64,000 nt of DNA, from the NCBI RefSeq assembly GCF_000006765.1, contig NC_002516.2; one strand, written 5' to 3'. Position 1 is the stretch's first letter, and each line of letters starts with the position of its first letter. The translations under genes were made by a program, and so were the position numbers. A model generated the notes under the pieces. It searched no databases. It saw only the letters and a list, made by a program, of their open reading frames with translations, and was not told the origin of the DNA. Origin of the DNA: Pseudomonas aeruginosa PAO1 (GTDB lineage Bacteria > Pseudomonadota > Gammaproteobacteria > Pseudomonadales > Pseudomonadaceae). This document shows, piece by piece, positions 53,677-64,000 of the stretch.

Positions 53677-53886
53677 GATGCCCCGCAGTGCTCCTCGAAC
53701 GGACCGGGAGCCCCACCTCCCTTGTCATGGTCCGCCCTTGGCGAGCGTTGTATGAATATTCGCCGAACTTTAGCACACGCCACGCCACGTCAGGCCCGGG
53801 ACGTGTCACGCAGGGCCCGGGCGCGGTGCCCGAAAGGTCGTCCGCGCAGCCGCCACGAAGCGCTTTTAGTGGTAAGCTCACGCGCC

Positions 53887-54684
53887 ATGAAAACACCGAC
53901 TTCCCGCCCCGTAGTGCTCTGCCTGTCCGGTCACGACCCCAGTGGTGGCGCCGGACTGCAAGCCGACATCGAAGCCCTGCTCGCCCAGGGCTGCCACGCC
54001 GCCCCGGCGGTCACCGCGCTGACCGTGCAGGACACCGTCAACGTCAGCGACTTCCGCGTCCTCGACCGCGAGTGGGTGCTGGCCCAGGCCAACGCCGTAC
54101 TCGCCGACCTGCCCGTCGCGGCGGTCAAGCTGGGTATGCTCGGTTCGCTGGAGATGGTCGACACGGTGGCCGAGATCCTCGCCGCCCACCCGCACTTGCC
54201 GGTGGTCTGCGATCCGGTGCTGCGCGCCGGCGGCGGCGGTGCGCTGGGCAAGGGCGACGTCGGCTTCGCCATGCGCGAGCGGCTACTGCCGCGCGCCACC
54301 ATCGCCACGCCGAACCTGCCGGAAGCGCGCCTGCTCGCCGACCTGCCCGAGGGCAGCGCCGACCAGTGCGCCGAGCGCCTGCTGGAACACTGCGAGCACC
54401 TGTTGATCACCGGCGGACACGGCGACGAAAGCGAAGTGCACAATCGCCTGTACAGCCGCGACGGCAGCCGCCGCACCTTCACCTGCCAGCGCCTGCCCGG
54501 CAGCTACCATGGCTCCGGCTGCACCCTGGCCAGCGCCCTGGCCGGTCGCATCGCCCTCGGCGAAGCGCTGCACGGCGCCGTGCAGAGCGCCCTCGACTAC
54601 ACCTGGCGGACCCTGCGCGACGCCGAGAGTCCGGGCCACGGCCAATACGTGCCGCGCCGCCTGCCCACCGACTTCTGTCACTGA
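53887..54684 (+). CDS. thiD: HMP/HMP-phosphate kinase
   Basis: [27 protein letters not shown] and [11 protein letters not shown] motifs. Confidence 0.93.
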
Positions 54685-54694
54685 GAGCCAGCCG

Positions 54695-55324
54695 ATGAAA
54701 CTGCGCGGCCTGTACGCCATCACCGATAGCCAGCTACTGGACGACGGCCGCCTGCTGCCCTACGTCGAAGCCGCGCTCCGCGGCGGCGCGCGCCTGCTGC
54801 AATACCGCGACAAATCCAGCGACCAGGCGCGGCGCCTGCGCGAGGCGGAAAGCCTGCGCGAACTCTGCGAACGCCACGGCGCGCAGTTGATCGTCAACGA
54901 CGACGCCGAACTCGCCGCGCGCCTGGGCGTCGGCCTGCACCTCGGCCAGACCGACGGTTCGCTGTCGGCGGCGCGCGCCCTGCTCGGCCGCCAGGCGATC
55001 ATCGGCGCCACCTGCCACGCCCAACTGGAACTGGCCGAGCAGGCGGTGGCCGAGGGCGCCAGCTACGTCGCCTTCGGCCGCTTCTTCAATTCCAGCACCA
55101 AACCCGGCGCCCCCGCCGCCAGCGTCGAACTGCTCGACCAGGCCCGGCCGCGCCTGCACCTGCCGATCACCGCCATCGGCGGCATCAGCCTCGACACCGC
55201 GCCCGGCCTGATCGCCCGCGGCGTCGATCTGGTCGCCGTGATCCATGCGCTGTTCGCCGCCGCGTCCGCCGCCGAGGTGGAACGCCGCGCCCGCGCCTTC
55301 AGCGCCCTGTTCGAACCTGCCTGA
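54695..55324 (+). CDS. thiE: Thiamine-phosphate synthase
   Basis: LYAIT, LQYRDK, IVNDD, HLGQTD, STKP and AIGGI motifs. Confidence 0.95.
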
Positions 55325-55361
55325 CGCCTCCGCGCCTCGCCCGAGAGATAGAGAGCTAGCC

Positions 55362-56645
55362 ATGTCCCGTTCCGAAACGCTGTTCAACAACGCCCAGAAA
55401 CACATTCCCGGCGGGGTCAACTCCCCGGTGCGCGCCTTCAAGAGCGTCGGCGGCACCCCGCTGTTCTTCAAGCACGCCGAAGGCGCCTATGTACTGGACG
55501 AGGACGACAAGCGCTACGTGGACTATGTCGGCTCCTGGGGCCCGATGATCCTCGGCCACAGCCATCCGGACGTGCTCGACGCGGTGCGCCGGCAACTCGA
55601 CCACGGCCTGTCCTATGGCGCGCCGACCGCGCTGGAAGTGGAAATGGCCGACCTGGTCTGCTCCATGGTGCCGTCGATGGAGATGGTGCGCATGGTCAGC
55701 TCCGGCACCGAGGCGACCATGAGCGCCATCCGCCTGGCCCGCGGCTACACCGGGCGCGACAGCATCATCAAGTTCGAAGGCTGCTACCACGGTCACTCCG
55801 ACAGCCTGCTGGTGAAGGCCGGCTCCGGCGCCCTGACCTTCGGCGTGCCGAACTCCCCGGGCGTTCCGGCGGCCTTCGCCAAGCACACCCTGACCCTGCC
55901 GTTCAACGACATCGAGGCGGTGCGCAAGACCCTGGGCGAAGTCGGCAAGGAGGTCGCCTGCATCATCGTCGAGCCGGTTGCCGGCAACATGAACTGTGTG
56001 CCGCCGGCGCCGGGCTTCCTCGAAGGCCTGCGCGAAGCCTGCGACGAACACGGCGTGGTGCTGATCTTCGACGAAGTGATGACCGGCTTCCGTGTCGCCC
56101 TCGGCGGCGCCCAGGCCTACTACGGGGTCACCCCGGACCTGTCGACCTTCGGCAAGATCATCGGCGGCGGCATGCCGGTGGGCGCCTTCGGCGGCAAGCG
56201 CGAGATCATGCAGCAGATTTCCCCGCTGGGCCCGGTCTACCAGGCCGGCACGCTCTCGGGCAACCCGCTGGCAATGGCCGCCGGCCTGACCACCCTGCGC
56301 CTGATCAGCCGCCCCGGTTTCCACGACGAACTGACCGCCTACACCACGCGCATGCTCGACGGCCTGCAACAGCGCGCGGATGCCGCCGGCATCCCCTTCG
56401 TCACCACCCAGGCGGGCGGCATGTTCGGCCTGTACTTCAGCGGCGCCGACGCCATCGTCACCTTCGAGGACGTGATGGCCAGCGACGTCGAACGCTTCAA
56501 GCGCTTCTTCCACCTGATGCTCGACGGTGGCGTGTACCTTGCGCCTAGCGCCTTCGAGGCCGGCTTCACCTCCATCGCCCATGGCGACAAGGAGCTGGAA
56601 ATCACGCTGAACGCCGCCGAAAAAGCCTTCGCCGCGCTGAAATGA
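55362..56645 (+). CDS. hemL: Glutamate-1-semialdehyde 2,1-aminomutase
   Basis: [36 protein letters not shown] and AGTLSGNP motifs. Confidence 0.98.
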
Positions 56646-56754
56646 TCCTCTTCGCGGCGCCCTTCCCGGGCGCCGCCCTCCTCCCCGCCGGAACGCCTTC
56701 CTAGCCGAAATGCATAAACGCGCCGACAAAGTTCCCGAAAAGACAGTAAAGACT

Positions 56755-56784
56755 TTGTAAGGAGGCGTCGGCTTATTTCATAAT
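56755..56784 (+). promoter_or_regulatory. Putative sigma70 promoter
   Basis: TTGTAA-N18-CATAAT upstream of the Sel1 gene. Confidence 0.5.
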
Positions 56785-56853
56785 GTGAGGGTCAGCGCAT
56801 TTCGTTGGCCGGGCAGCCCTTGCCCGCCCCGATCCAGGAGGTGTCTTCCCCTC

Positions 56854-57402
56854 ATGTTCCGTACCGGCCGCACCCTCGCCCTGGGTTGCCTGTTGATCCT
56901 CCAGCCGCTGCTCGCGCAGGCGGGAGGCAACTCGTTGCTGATTCCAGCGACCGGCCGCTGCGCGCTGAACACCGTTCCCGAAGAATTGCAGCAGGCGCTC
57001 GCCGCCTGCCAGCAGGTCGCCAATGGCGGCGACGCCGAGGCGCAATACGAACTGGGCGAATTCTTCTACGACGGCGAGCGCATCCCGCGCGACCTCCAGG
57101 CCGCCCTCAACTGGTTCGAGAAAGCCTCGCTACAGGGCCATGCCCAGGCCCAGTACCACCTCGGCACCATGTTCTTCCGTGGCGAAGGGGTTCCGGCGAA
57201 CAACGTACAGGCCTACATCGTGCTGAAGATGGCAGCGGTGAACGGCGCCGAGGACGCCCTGGACAGCGCCGACCTGGTAGCCGAGCAGATGAACCGCGAC
57301 GAACTGGACATCGCCACCCGGGTGCTGGGGCAGATCTTCCGCAACTACCTGATCGAACTGCAGACTGCCGGCGGCGTCACGCCCTTCGCGCCGCTGCCCT
57401 GA
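56854..57402 (+). CDS. Exported Sel1-like repeat protein
   Basis: Signal peptide; GDAEAQYELG..ALNWFEKASLQGHAQAQYHLG; AGGAGG RBS. Confidence 0.88.
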   Translation: MFRTGRTLALGCLLILQPLLAQAGGNSLLIPATGRCALNTVPEELQQALAACQQVANGGDAEAQYELGEFFYDGERIPRDLQAALNWFEKASLQGHAQAQYHLGTMFFRGEGVPANNVQAYIVLKMAAVNGAEDALDSADLVAEQMNRDELDIATRVLGQIFRNYLIELQTAGGVTPFAPLP

Positions 57403-57417
57403 CGTCCCTTTCGCGAA

Positions 57418-57750
57418 TCAGTCGCTCTTGCCGGGCATCGGCATGGGGAACGGCATGACGTTGCCCGCGCCCTTGGCCTCGCTGATCTTCGGCGTACCCA
57501 GGCGCTCGACCTCGTCGATGCGGACGATCGCGTGCATCGGCACGAAGCTGCGCAGAACGCCTTCGAACTGCGCCTTGAGCTTCTCCTCGCTGGGGTCCAC
57601 CACCACCTGGGTGCGCTCGCCGAAGACGAACTCCTCGATTTCCAGGAAGCCCCACAGATCGCTCTGGTAGATCTGCTTGGCATACATCTCGAAGACCTGG
57701 CCCTGGTTGAGGAAAATCACCTTGTAGATGGGGTTTTCGCGCTTGTTCAT
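57418..57750 (-). CDS. DUF1820-type protein
   Basis: [32 protein letters not shown]. Confidence 0.85.
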   Translation of the reverse strand: MNKRENPIYKVIFLNQGQVFEMYAKQIYQSDLWGFLEIEEFVFGERTQVVVDPSEEKLKAQFEGVLRSFVPMHAIVRIDEVERLGTPKISEAKGAGNVMPFPMPMPGKSD

Positions 57751-57786
57751 GGCGGGGAAAGCAATGCCGGAAAATGAAGGGCGCGA

Positions 57787-57845
57787 ATCATAGCACAGCC
57801 TTTCGGCCAGCAACGCTAGGAACCGGGGGCCCCGCCCTCTATAAT
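57787..57845. promoter_or_regulatory. Divergent -10 elements for miaB and the DUF1820 gene
   Basis: TATAAT at 57840-57845 on +; extended TGcTATGAT on - (ATCATAGCA, 57787-57795). Confidence 0.55.
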
Positions 57846-57878
57846 GCGCGGTCCTTTTCGAACTGTCCGACGAAGCGC

Positions 57879-59219
57879 ATGGCCAAGAAGCTTTTCATCG
57901 AAACCCACGGCTGCCAGATGAACGAGTACGACTCGTCGCGAATGGCGGACCTGCTCGGTGAACACCAAGCCCTCGAGGTGACCGAAAACGCCGCCGAGGC
58001 CGACGTCATCCTGCTCAATACCTGCTCGATCCGCGAGAAGGCCCAGGAAAAGGTGTTTTCCAAGCTCGGCATGTGGCGCGAGCTGAAGCAGCAGAATCCC
58101 GACCTGGTGATCGGCGTCGGCGGCTGCGTGGCCAGCCAGGAAGGCGCCGCGATCCGTGAGCGCGCGCCCTATGTCGACGTGGTCTTCGGCCCGCAGACCC
58201 TGCACCGCCTGCCGGAAATGATCGACGCCGCGCGCAGCACGCGCAAGCCGCAGGTCGACGTGTCCTTCCCGGAAATCGAGAAATTCGACCGCCTGCCGGA
58301 ACCGCGGGTCGATGGCCCCACCGCCTTCGTCTCGGTGATGGAAGGCTGCAGCAAGTACTGCAGCTTCTGCGTGGTGCCCTACACCCGCGGCGAGGAAGTC
58401 AGCCGACCATTCGACGACGTGATCGCCGAAGTGATCCACCTGGCCGAGAACGGCGTCCGCGAAGTCACCCTGCTGGGACAGAACGTCAACGGCTTCCGCG
58501 GCCTGACCCACGATGGCCGCCTGGCCGACTTCGCCGAACTGCTGCGGGTGGTCGCCGCCGTCGACGGTATCGAGCGCATCCGCTATACCACCTCGCACCC
58601 GCTGGAATTCTCCGACGCGCTGATCCAGGCCCACGCCGAGGTGCCGGAGCTGGTGAAATTCATCCACCTGCCGGTGCAGTCGGGCTCCGACCGCGTGCTG
58701 GCGGCGATGAAGCGCAACCATACCGTGCTGGAATACAAGTCGCGTATCCGCAAGCTGAAGGCCGCGGTACCGGACATCTGCATCAGCTCCGACTTCATCG
58801 TCGGTTTCCCCGGCGAAACCGAGAAGGACTTCGAGCAGACCATGAAGCTGGTGGAGGACGTCGGCTTCGACTTCTCCTTCTCCTTCATCTACAGCGCGCG
58901 GCCCGGCACGCCCGCCGCCGACCTCGCCGACGACCTGCCGGAAGAAGTGAAGAAACAGCGCCTGCAGATCCTCCAGAGCCGCATCCACCAGCAAGGCTAC
59001 GAGATCAGCCGGCGCATGGTCGGCAGCACCCAGCGGATCCTGGTCACCGACTTCTCGAAGAAGGACCCAGGCATGCTCCAGGGGCGCACCGAGAACAACC
59101 GGATCGTCAACTTCCGCTGCGACAATCCACGCCTGATCGGCCAGTTCGCCCAGGTGCACATCGACGACGCGCTGCCGCACTCGCTGCGCGGTACCCTGAT
59201 CGACAGCACCCTGCATTGA
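57879..59219 (+). CDS. miaB: tRNA i6A37 methylthiotransferase (radical SAM)
   Basis: [16 protein letters not shown] and CSKYCSFC motifs; C-terminal TRAM domain. Confidence 0.98.
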   Translation: MAKKLFIETHGCQMNEYDSSRMADLLGEHQALEVTENAAEADVILLNTCSIREKAQEKVFSKLGMWRELKQQNPDLVIGVGGCVASQEGAAIRERAPYVDVVFGPQTLHRLPEMIDAARSTRKPQVDVSFPEIEKFDRLPEPRVDGPTAFVSVMEGCSKYCSFCVVPYTRGEEVSRPFDDVIAEVIHLAENGVREVTLLGQNVNGFRGLTHDGRLADFAELLRVVAAVDGIERIRYTTSHPLEFSDALIQAHAEVPELVKFIHLPVQSGSDRVLAAMKRNHTVLEYKSRIRKLKAAVPDICISSDFIVGFPGETEKDFEQTMKLVEDVGFDFSFSFIYSARPGTPAADLADDLPEEVKKQRLQILQSRIHQQGYEISRRMVGSTQRILVTDFSKKDPGMLQGRTENNRIVNFRCDNPRLIGQFAQVHIDDALPHSLRGTLIDSTLH

Positions 59220-59387
59220 GGCCGACGACCGTACGGCGGGCTCGCTGAACCTTCCCGCCGCCACGGTGCACCAACGTTTCAGCGGGAACCGGGAAAGCGC
59301 CGCCGCGATACGGCAACTTTGCGCGACGATATCCAGCGGTTATTCTCTTCCCTATCAATCAGCCACTGGCGAGTACGACAGAACACC

Positions 59388-60410
59388 TTGAACGCCCCCC
59401 AGGAACTTCATCGCTTTATCCTCGAGCCGTTCGACGCCCGCAGCTTCGCGACACTTTGCGGGCAGTTCGACGAGCATCTCCACCAGATCGAGAAACGCCT
59501 CGACATCGAGATCCGCAACCGCGGCAACCAGTTCGAACTGGCCGGCGAACCGCGCCGGACCAAGGTCGCCGAACGCCTGCTGCAGCGTCTCTACCGCGAG
59601 GCGCAGAACGGCACCGATCTCACCCCCGACACCGTGCACCTGTACCTGCAGGAGTCCGGCCTGGAAGACCTCGAGGAATTGCAGAGCGCGCCGCAGGTCA
59701 CCCTGAAGTCGCGCAAGGCGCACATCCGCCCGCGCGGCGCCAACCAGCAGCGCTACGTCAAGGCGATCCTCGACCACGACATCAACTTCGGCATCGGCCC
59801 GGCCGGCACCGGCAAGACCTATCTCGCCGTGGCCTGCGCCGTCGACGCCCTGGAGCGCGAGCAGATCCGCCGCATCCTGCTGGTGCGCCCGGCGGTCGAG
59901 GCCGGCGAGAAGCTCGGTTTCCTTCCCGGCGACCTGTCGCAGAAGATCGACCCCTACCTGCGTCCGCTCTACGACGCGCTCTACGAGATGCTCGGCTTCG
60001 AACACGTGGCCAAGCTGATCGAGCGCAACGTCATCGAGGTCGCGCCGCTGGCCTACATGCGCGGGCGCACGCTGAACAACAGCTTCATCATCCTCGACGA
60101 GAGCCAGAACACCACAGTCGAGCAGATGAAGATGTTCCTCACCCGGATCGGCTTCGGCTCCACCGCGGTGATCACCGGCGACGTCACCCAGGTCGACCTG
60201 CCCCGCGGCACCCGCTCCGGCCTCAAGCACGTGATCGAGGTCCTGCAGGACGTCCCCGGCATCAGCTTCACCCACTTCAAGCCCAAGGATGTGGTCCGCC
60301 ACCCGCTGGTGCAGCGTATCGTCGAAGCCTACGAGCGTCACGAGAGCCGCCAGCAAGGCCAGGTGCGGCCGGTCGAGGGAACGGGCAAGGGCGGTCACGA
60401 TGCCGCTTGA
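59388..60410 (+). CDS. phoH: PhoH-like ATPase (YbeZ)
   Basis: [26 protein letters not shown] and DESQN motifs; TTG start. Confidence 0.95.
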   Translation: MNAPQELHRFILEPFDARSFATLCGQFDEHLHQIEKRLDIEIRNRGNQFELAGEPRRTKVAERLLQRLYREAQNGTDLTPDTVHLYLQESGLEDLEELQSAPQVTLKSRKAHIRPRGANQQRYVKAILDHDINFGIGPAGTGKTYLAVACAVDALEREQIRRILLVRPAVEAGEKLGFLPGDLSQKIDPYLRPLYDALYEMLGFEHVAKLIERNVIEVAPLAYMRGRTLNNSFIILDESQNTTVEQMKMFLTRIGFGSTAVITGDVTQVDLPRGTRSGLKHVIEVLQDVPGISFTHFKPKDVVRHPLVQRIVEAYERHESRQQGQVRPVEGTGKGGHDAA

Positions 60411-60882
60411 GCTCGACCTGCAGGTCGCCAGCGCCGCCCCGGACCTGCCCTCCGAAGCGCAGTTCCGCGCCTGGTGCGAACTGGCCCTGCGCCAGCGTCC
60501 GGAGTCGGAGCTGACCATCCGCCTGGTGGACGAGGCCGAAGGCCTGGAACTGAACAGCACCTACCGGCACAAGGACTACGCGACCAACGTGCTGTCCTTC
60601 CCCGCCGATGTCCCGGACGAGCTTCTCGATATCCCGCTGCTCGGCGACCTGGTGATCTGCGCCCCGGTGGTCGCCCGCGAAGCCCTGGAACAGCGCAAGC
60701 CGTTGCAGGCCCACTGGGCCCACCTGGTGATCCACGGCTGCCTGCACCTGCTCGGCTACGACCACATCGACGACGCCGAAGCGGAAGAAATGGAAACACT
60801 GGAACGTGAATTGCTGGCGGAACTGGGTCATCCCGATCCGTACGCCTGCGACGACGAAGAGCCACCGAGCAAGGAAAAATGA
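60400..60882 (+). CDS. ybeY: rRNA maturation RNase YbeY
   Basis: [17 protein letters not shown] and [11 protein letters not shown] motifs. Confidence 0.97.
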   Translation: MPLELDLQVASAAPDLPSEAQFRAWCELALRQRPESELTIRLVDEAEGLELNSTYRHKDYATNVLSFPADVPDELLDIPLLGDLVICAPVVAREALEQRKPLQAHWAHLVIHGCLHLLGYDHIDDAEAEEMETLERELLAELGHPDPYACDDEEPPSKEK

Positions 60883-61718
60883 GCGAAGACCGATCGAGCA
60901 ACGGGCACAAGTCCTGGCTGGACAAGATCACCCAGGCTTTTGCCCACGAGCCGAGAAACCGCCAGGAGCTCCTCGAGCTGCTGCGCGATGCCCACGACAA
61001 CAAGCTGCTGGACAGCGAGGCGCTGTCCATCGTCGAGGGGGCGATCCAGGTCGCCGACCTGCAGGTGCGCGACATCATGGTGCCGCGCTCGCAGATGATG
61101 AGCATCCGCTCGACCCAGACGCCGAAGGAATTCCTTCCGGCCATCATCGAAGCCGCCCACTCGCGCTACCCGGTGGTCGGCGAAAGCCTCGACGACGTCA
61201 TGGGCGTACTGCTGGCCAAGGACCTCCTGCCACTGATCCTGCACAACGACGAGCGTCCCTTCGACATCAAGGAACTGCTGCGTCCGGCTACCTTCGTCCC
61301 CGAATCCAAGCGCCTCAACGTGCTGCTCCGCGAATTCCGCGCCAACCGCAACCACATGGCCATCGTCATCGACGAATACGGCGGCGTGGCCGGCCTGGTG
61401 ACCATCGAGGACGTGCTGGAACAGATCGTCGGTGATATCGAGGACGAGCACGACGTCGAGGAGGACAGCTACATCAAGCCGCTGCCCAGCGGCGATTTCA
61501 TCGTCAAGGCGCTGACCCCCGTGGACGCCTTCAACGACTTCTTCGGCTCGGAATTCTCTGACGAGGAATTCGATACCGTGGGCGGCCTGGTGATGAGCGC
61601 CTTCGGCCACCTGCCCAAGCGCAACGAAGTGGTCGAGCTGGGCGAGTTCCGTTTCCGCGTACTCAACGCCGACAGCCGCCGCGTCCATCTGCTGCGCCTG
61701 TCTCCCCTGCAGAACTGA
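60879..61718 (+). CDS. corC: CBS/CorC-HlyC transporter-associated protein (YbeX)
   Basis: [40 protein letters not shown] and DTVGGL motifs. Confidence 0.95.
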   Translation: MSEDRSSNGHKSWLDKITQAFAHEPRNRQELLELLRDAHDNKLLDSEALSIVEGAIQVADLQVRDIMVPRSQMMSIRSTQTPKEFLPAIIEAAHSRYPVVGESLDDVMGVLLAKDLLPLILHNDERPFDIKELLRPATFVPESKRLNVLLREFRANRNHMAIVIDEYGGVAGLVTIEDVLEQIVGDIEDEHDVEEDSYIKPLPSGDFIVKALTPVDAFNDFFGSEFSDEEFDTVGGLVMSAFGHLPKRNEVVELGEFRFRVLNADSRRVHLLRLSPLQN

Positions 61719-61722
61719 GCGC

Positions 61723-61748
61723 GCCCCCTCCGCCGCGGCGGAGGGGGC
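61723..61748. repeat. Perfect 26-bp palindrome
   Basis: GCCCCCTCCGCCGCGGCGGAGGGGGC, 4 nt after the corC stop. Confidence 0.8.
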
Positions 61749-61903
61749 ATCTTCCCGCGCCGTCCTTCTGGCGTCTCGCCAGCCCCTCCTTTACTCTTGC
61801 GCCTTGCGCCAGACTCCCCTGTCGCCGCGGACGTTGCCGTCCGGCAGCCGAAGGCGGCCCCGGTCTGCGCAGTCGGACATTGAACAGGCTCTAAGGACAT
61901 TCG

Positions 61904-63439
61904 ATGCGTTGGATTTCTCGTCCCGGCTGGCCCGGACACCTGCTGGCACTCGCCGCAGGCGCGCTCACACCCCTGGCCCTGGCGCCCTTCGACTACTGGC
62001 CGCTGGCGATCCTCTCGATCGCCCTGCTCTATCTCGGCTTGCGCGGCCTTCCCGGCAAGTCCGCCCTGTGGCGCGGCTGGTGGTACGGTTTCGGCGCGTT
62101 CGGCGCCGGCACCAGCTGGATCTACGTCAGTATCCATGACTACGGCGCCGCCTCGGTGCCGCTGGCAAGCCTCCTCATGCTCGGCTTCACCGCCGGCGTC
62201 GCCTTCTTCTTCGCCCTGCCGGCCTGGCTGTGGGCGCGCTGCCTGCGCCGCGACAACGCGCCGCTGGGCGACGCCCTGGCGTTCGCCGCCCTGTGGCTGG
62301 CACTGGAGCTGTTCCGCAGTTGGTTCCTTACCGGTTTCCCCTGGCTCTACGCCGGCTATAGCCAGTTGCAGGGACCGCTGGCCGGGCTGGTACCGGTGGG
62401 CGGCGTATGGCTGTCCTCCTTCGTCATCGCCCTCAGCGCGGCCCTGCTGGTGAACCTGCCGCGCCTCTTCCCGCACGGTGCCAGCCTGCTTCTGGGGCTG
62501 GTCCTGCTGCTCGGCCCGTGGGCGGCCGGCCTCTATCTCAAGGGCCACGCCTGGACCCATTCGGCCGGCGAACCGCTGAGGGTAGTGGCGATCCAGGGCA
62601 ACATCGCCCAGGAGCTGAAATGGGACCCGAATCAGGTCCGCGCGCAACTCGACCTCTACCGCGACCTGAGCCTGCCGCAGCAGGACGTCGACCTGATCGT
62701 CTGGCCGGAAACCGCGGTGCCGATTCTCCAGGACATGGCCAGCGGCTACCTCGGCGCCATGGGCCAGGTCGCCGACGAGAAGAACGCCGCGCTGATCACC
62801 GGGGTCCCGGTGCGTGAACGTCTCGCCGACGGCAAGAGTCGCTACTTCAACGGCATCACCGTGGTCGGCGAAGGCGCGGGCACCTACCTCAAGCAGAAGC
62901 TGGTGCCGTTCGGCGAGTACGTGCCGCTGCAGGACCTGCTGCGCGGCCTGATCGCCTTCTTCGACCTGCCGATGTCCGACTTCGCTCGCGGTCCGGCCGA
63001 CCAGCCGCTGCTCAAGGCCAAGGGCTACCAGATCGCCCCGTACATCTGCTACGAAGTGGTCTACCCGGAGTTCGCCGCCGCGCTCGCGGCGCAGAGCCAG
63101 GTGTTGCTGACAGTGAGCAACGACACCTGGTTCGGCACTTCCATAGGCCCTTTGCAGCACCTGCAGATGGCACAGATGCGCGCCCTGGAAAGCGGTCGCT
63201 GGATGATCCGCGCGACCAACAACGGCGTCACCGGCCTGATCGATCCCTATGGCCGGATCGTCCGGCAGATCCCGCAGTTCCAGCAGGGCATCCTGCGCGG
63301 CGAGGTGATTCCCATGCAGGGCCTGACGCCCTATCTGCAATACCGCGTCTGGCCGCTGGCCGGGTTGGCCGGCGTGCTGCTGCTATGGGCTCTGCTCGGC
63401 CGCCAGTTGCGTCCGCAGGAGCGACGCCTGTTCGGCTGA
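61904..63439 (+). CDS. lnt: Apolipoprotein N-acyltransferase
   Basis: WPETA, KQKLVPFGEY, ICYE and SNDTWFG motifs (E-K-C triad). Confidence 0.98.
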   Translation: MRWISRPGWPGHLLALAAGALTPLALAPFDYWPLAILSIALLYLGLRGLPGKSALWRGWWYGFGAFGAGTSWIYVSIHDYGAASVPLASLLMLGFTAGVAFFFALPAWLWARCLRRDNAPLGDALAFAALWLALELFRSWFLTGFPWLYAGYSQLQGPLAGLVPVGGVWLSSFVIALSAALLVNLPRLFPHGASLLLGLVLLLGPWAAGLYLKGHAWTHSAGEPLRVVAIQGNIAQELKWDPNQVRAQLDLYRDLSLPQQDVDLIVWPETAVPILQDMASGYLGAMGQVADEKNAALITGVPVRERLADGKSRYFNGITVVGEGAGTYLKQKLVPFGEYVPLQDLLRGLIAFFDLPMSDFARGPADQPLLKAKGYQIAPYICYEVVYPEFAAALAAQSQVLLTVSNDTWFGTSIGPLQHLQMAQMRALESGRWMIRATNNGVTGLIDPYGRIVRQIPQFQQGILRGEVIPMQGLTPYLQYRVWPLAGLAGVLLLWALLGRQLRPQERRLFG

Positions 63440-63488
63440 AACCAGCCCCTCCTGGAAAGACCGGCGCCCCTGCGGCGCCGGTTGCGTC

Positions 63489-64000
63489 TCAGCGGTAGAA
63501 CAGGCGATAGCCGACCAGGCCGATCGCCTCGTTCAGCAGCATGCCGCTCTGCCAGAAGGCCTGCGCTTCCGGCAGCCAGCCGCCGAAGGGCCGCAGGTTG
63601 GCCCCGCCGAGGAAGCCGACCGGCGCCGGGATCACCTCGAACCCCTGGCGCTCGAAGCTCCAGCGTGCCCGCTGCATGTGCCAGGCCTGGGTCACCAGCA
63701 CCACCCGGCGCACGCCGGCCTCGCGCAACTGCGGGGCGCTCAGGGTGGCGTTTTCCCAGGTGGTACGGCTGAGACCTTCCTGCCAGCGCGTCGGCACGCC
63801 GAAGTCCTGCAACAGGGCATTGGCCATCAGCGCCGCCTCGCTGGGCGGGCGTCCGTAATGCAACCCGCCGCTGATCAGTACCGGCAGCGCCGAGGTCTTG
63901 GCCAGCCGCGCGGCATAGCGCAGCCGCTCGGCCGCCAGCAGGCTCGGCGCATCGTCGCCCCAGGCCGGGTCGTTGGTCTGCCGGCCGGCACCGAGGATGA
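63489..64000 (-). CDS. YdcF/DUF218 (ElyC/SanA-like) protein, 3' part
   Basis: Frame stays open to the window end: ILGAGR..ERLRYAARL..ISGG..SRTTWENA..LVTQAWHMQRA. Confidence 0.88.
   Translation of the reverse strand, partial: ILGAGRQTNDPAWGDDAPSLLAAERLRYAARLAKTSALPVLISGGLHYGRPPSEAALMANALLQDFGVPTRWQEGLSRTTWENATLSAPQLREAGVRRVVLVTQAWHMQRARWSFERQGFEVIPAPVGFLGGANLRPFGGWLPEAQAFWQSGMLLNEAIGLVGYRLFYR

Noticed and set aside
51331-53886. 1117-aa ORF apparently fusing a long N-terminus to thiD
   Set aside because: The extension is antisense to ladS; thiD starts at ATG 53887.
53680-53886. Expected TPP riboswitch before thiD
   Set aside because: Conserved TPP aptamer motifs not found.

Overview
High-GC Pseudomonas aeruginosa core-genome segment. 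From recall, its gene order matches PAO1 PA3926-PA3985. Gene blocks in order: partial MFS/AraC pair; cioAB cyanide-insensitive oxidase; MetQ-like binding protein plus a sigma54-type regulator; betT3; an OPT transporter; tauABCD; an HU-like gene; a GNAT-GNAT-SagB-like-tesB-HAD operon; rocS1/rocR/rocA1; a DEAD-box helicase; sfnG; hrpB; fieF; sRNA P24 with an Lrp regulator; amn; a TetR/acyl-CoA dehydrogenase operon; ladS; thiD-thiE-hemL; miaB-phoH-ybeY-corC-lnt. I saw no IS, prophage, CRISPR, tRNA or rRNA, and no obvious horizontally acquired island. The most interesting signals are small-scale. (1) A three-box DnaA cluster with DARS-like geometry lies between rocA1 and the flavoprotein gene. (2) A sulfur-starvation layer: two promoters share the same non-canonical sigma54-like -12 element (TGGCRC-N4-CCTTCA), paired CTGT-N10-ACAG sites lie upstream of sfnG, and the enhancer-binding protein looks like a pseudo-activator, lacking GAFTGA, the arginine fingers and the recognition helix. 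(3) Several other proteins look catalytically degenerate. (4) P24 is divergent from an Lrp gene. (5) A triple GGGTAAA repeat has an exact 11-bp period. Motif comparisons rely on remembered family consensus, not database searches. Most start codons were re-picked by eye from RBS and context.
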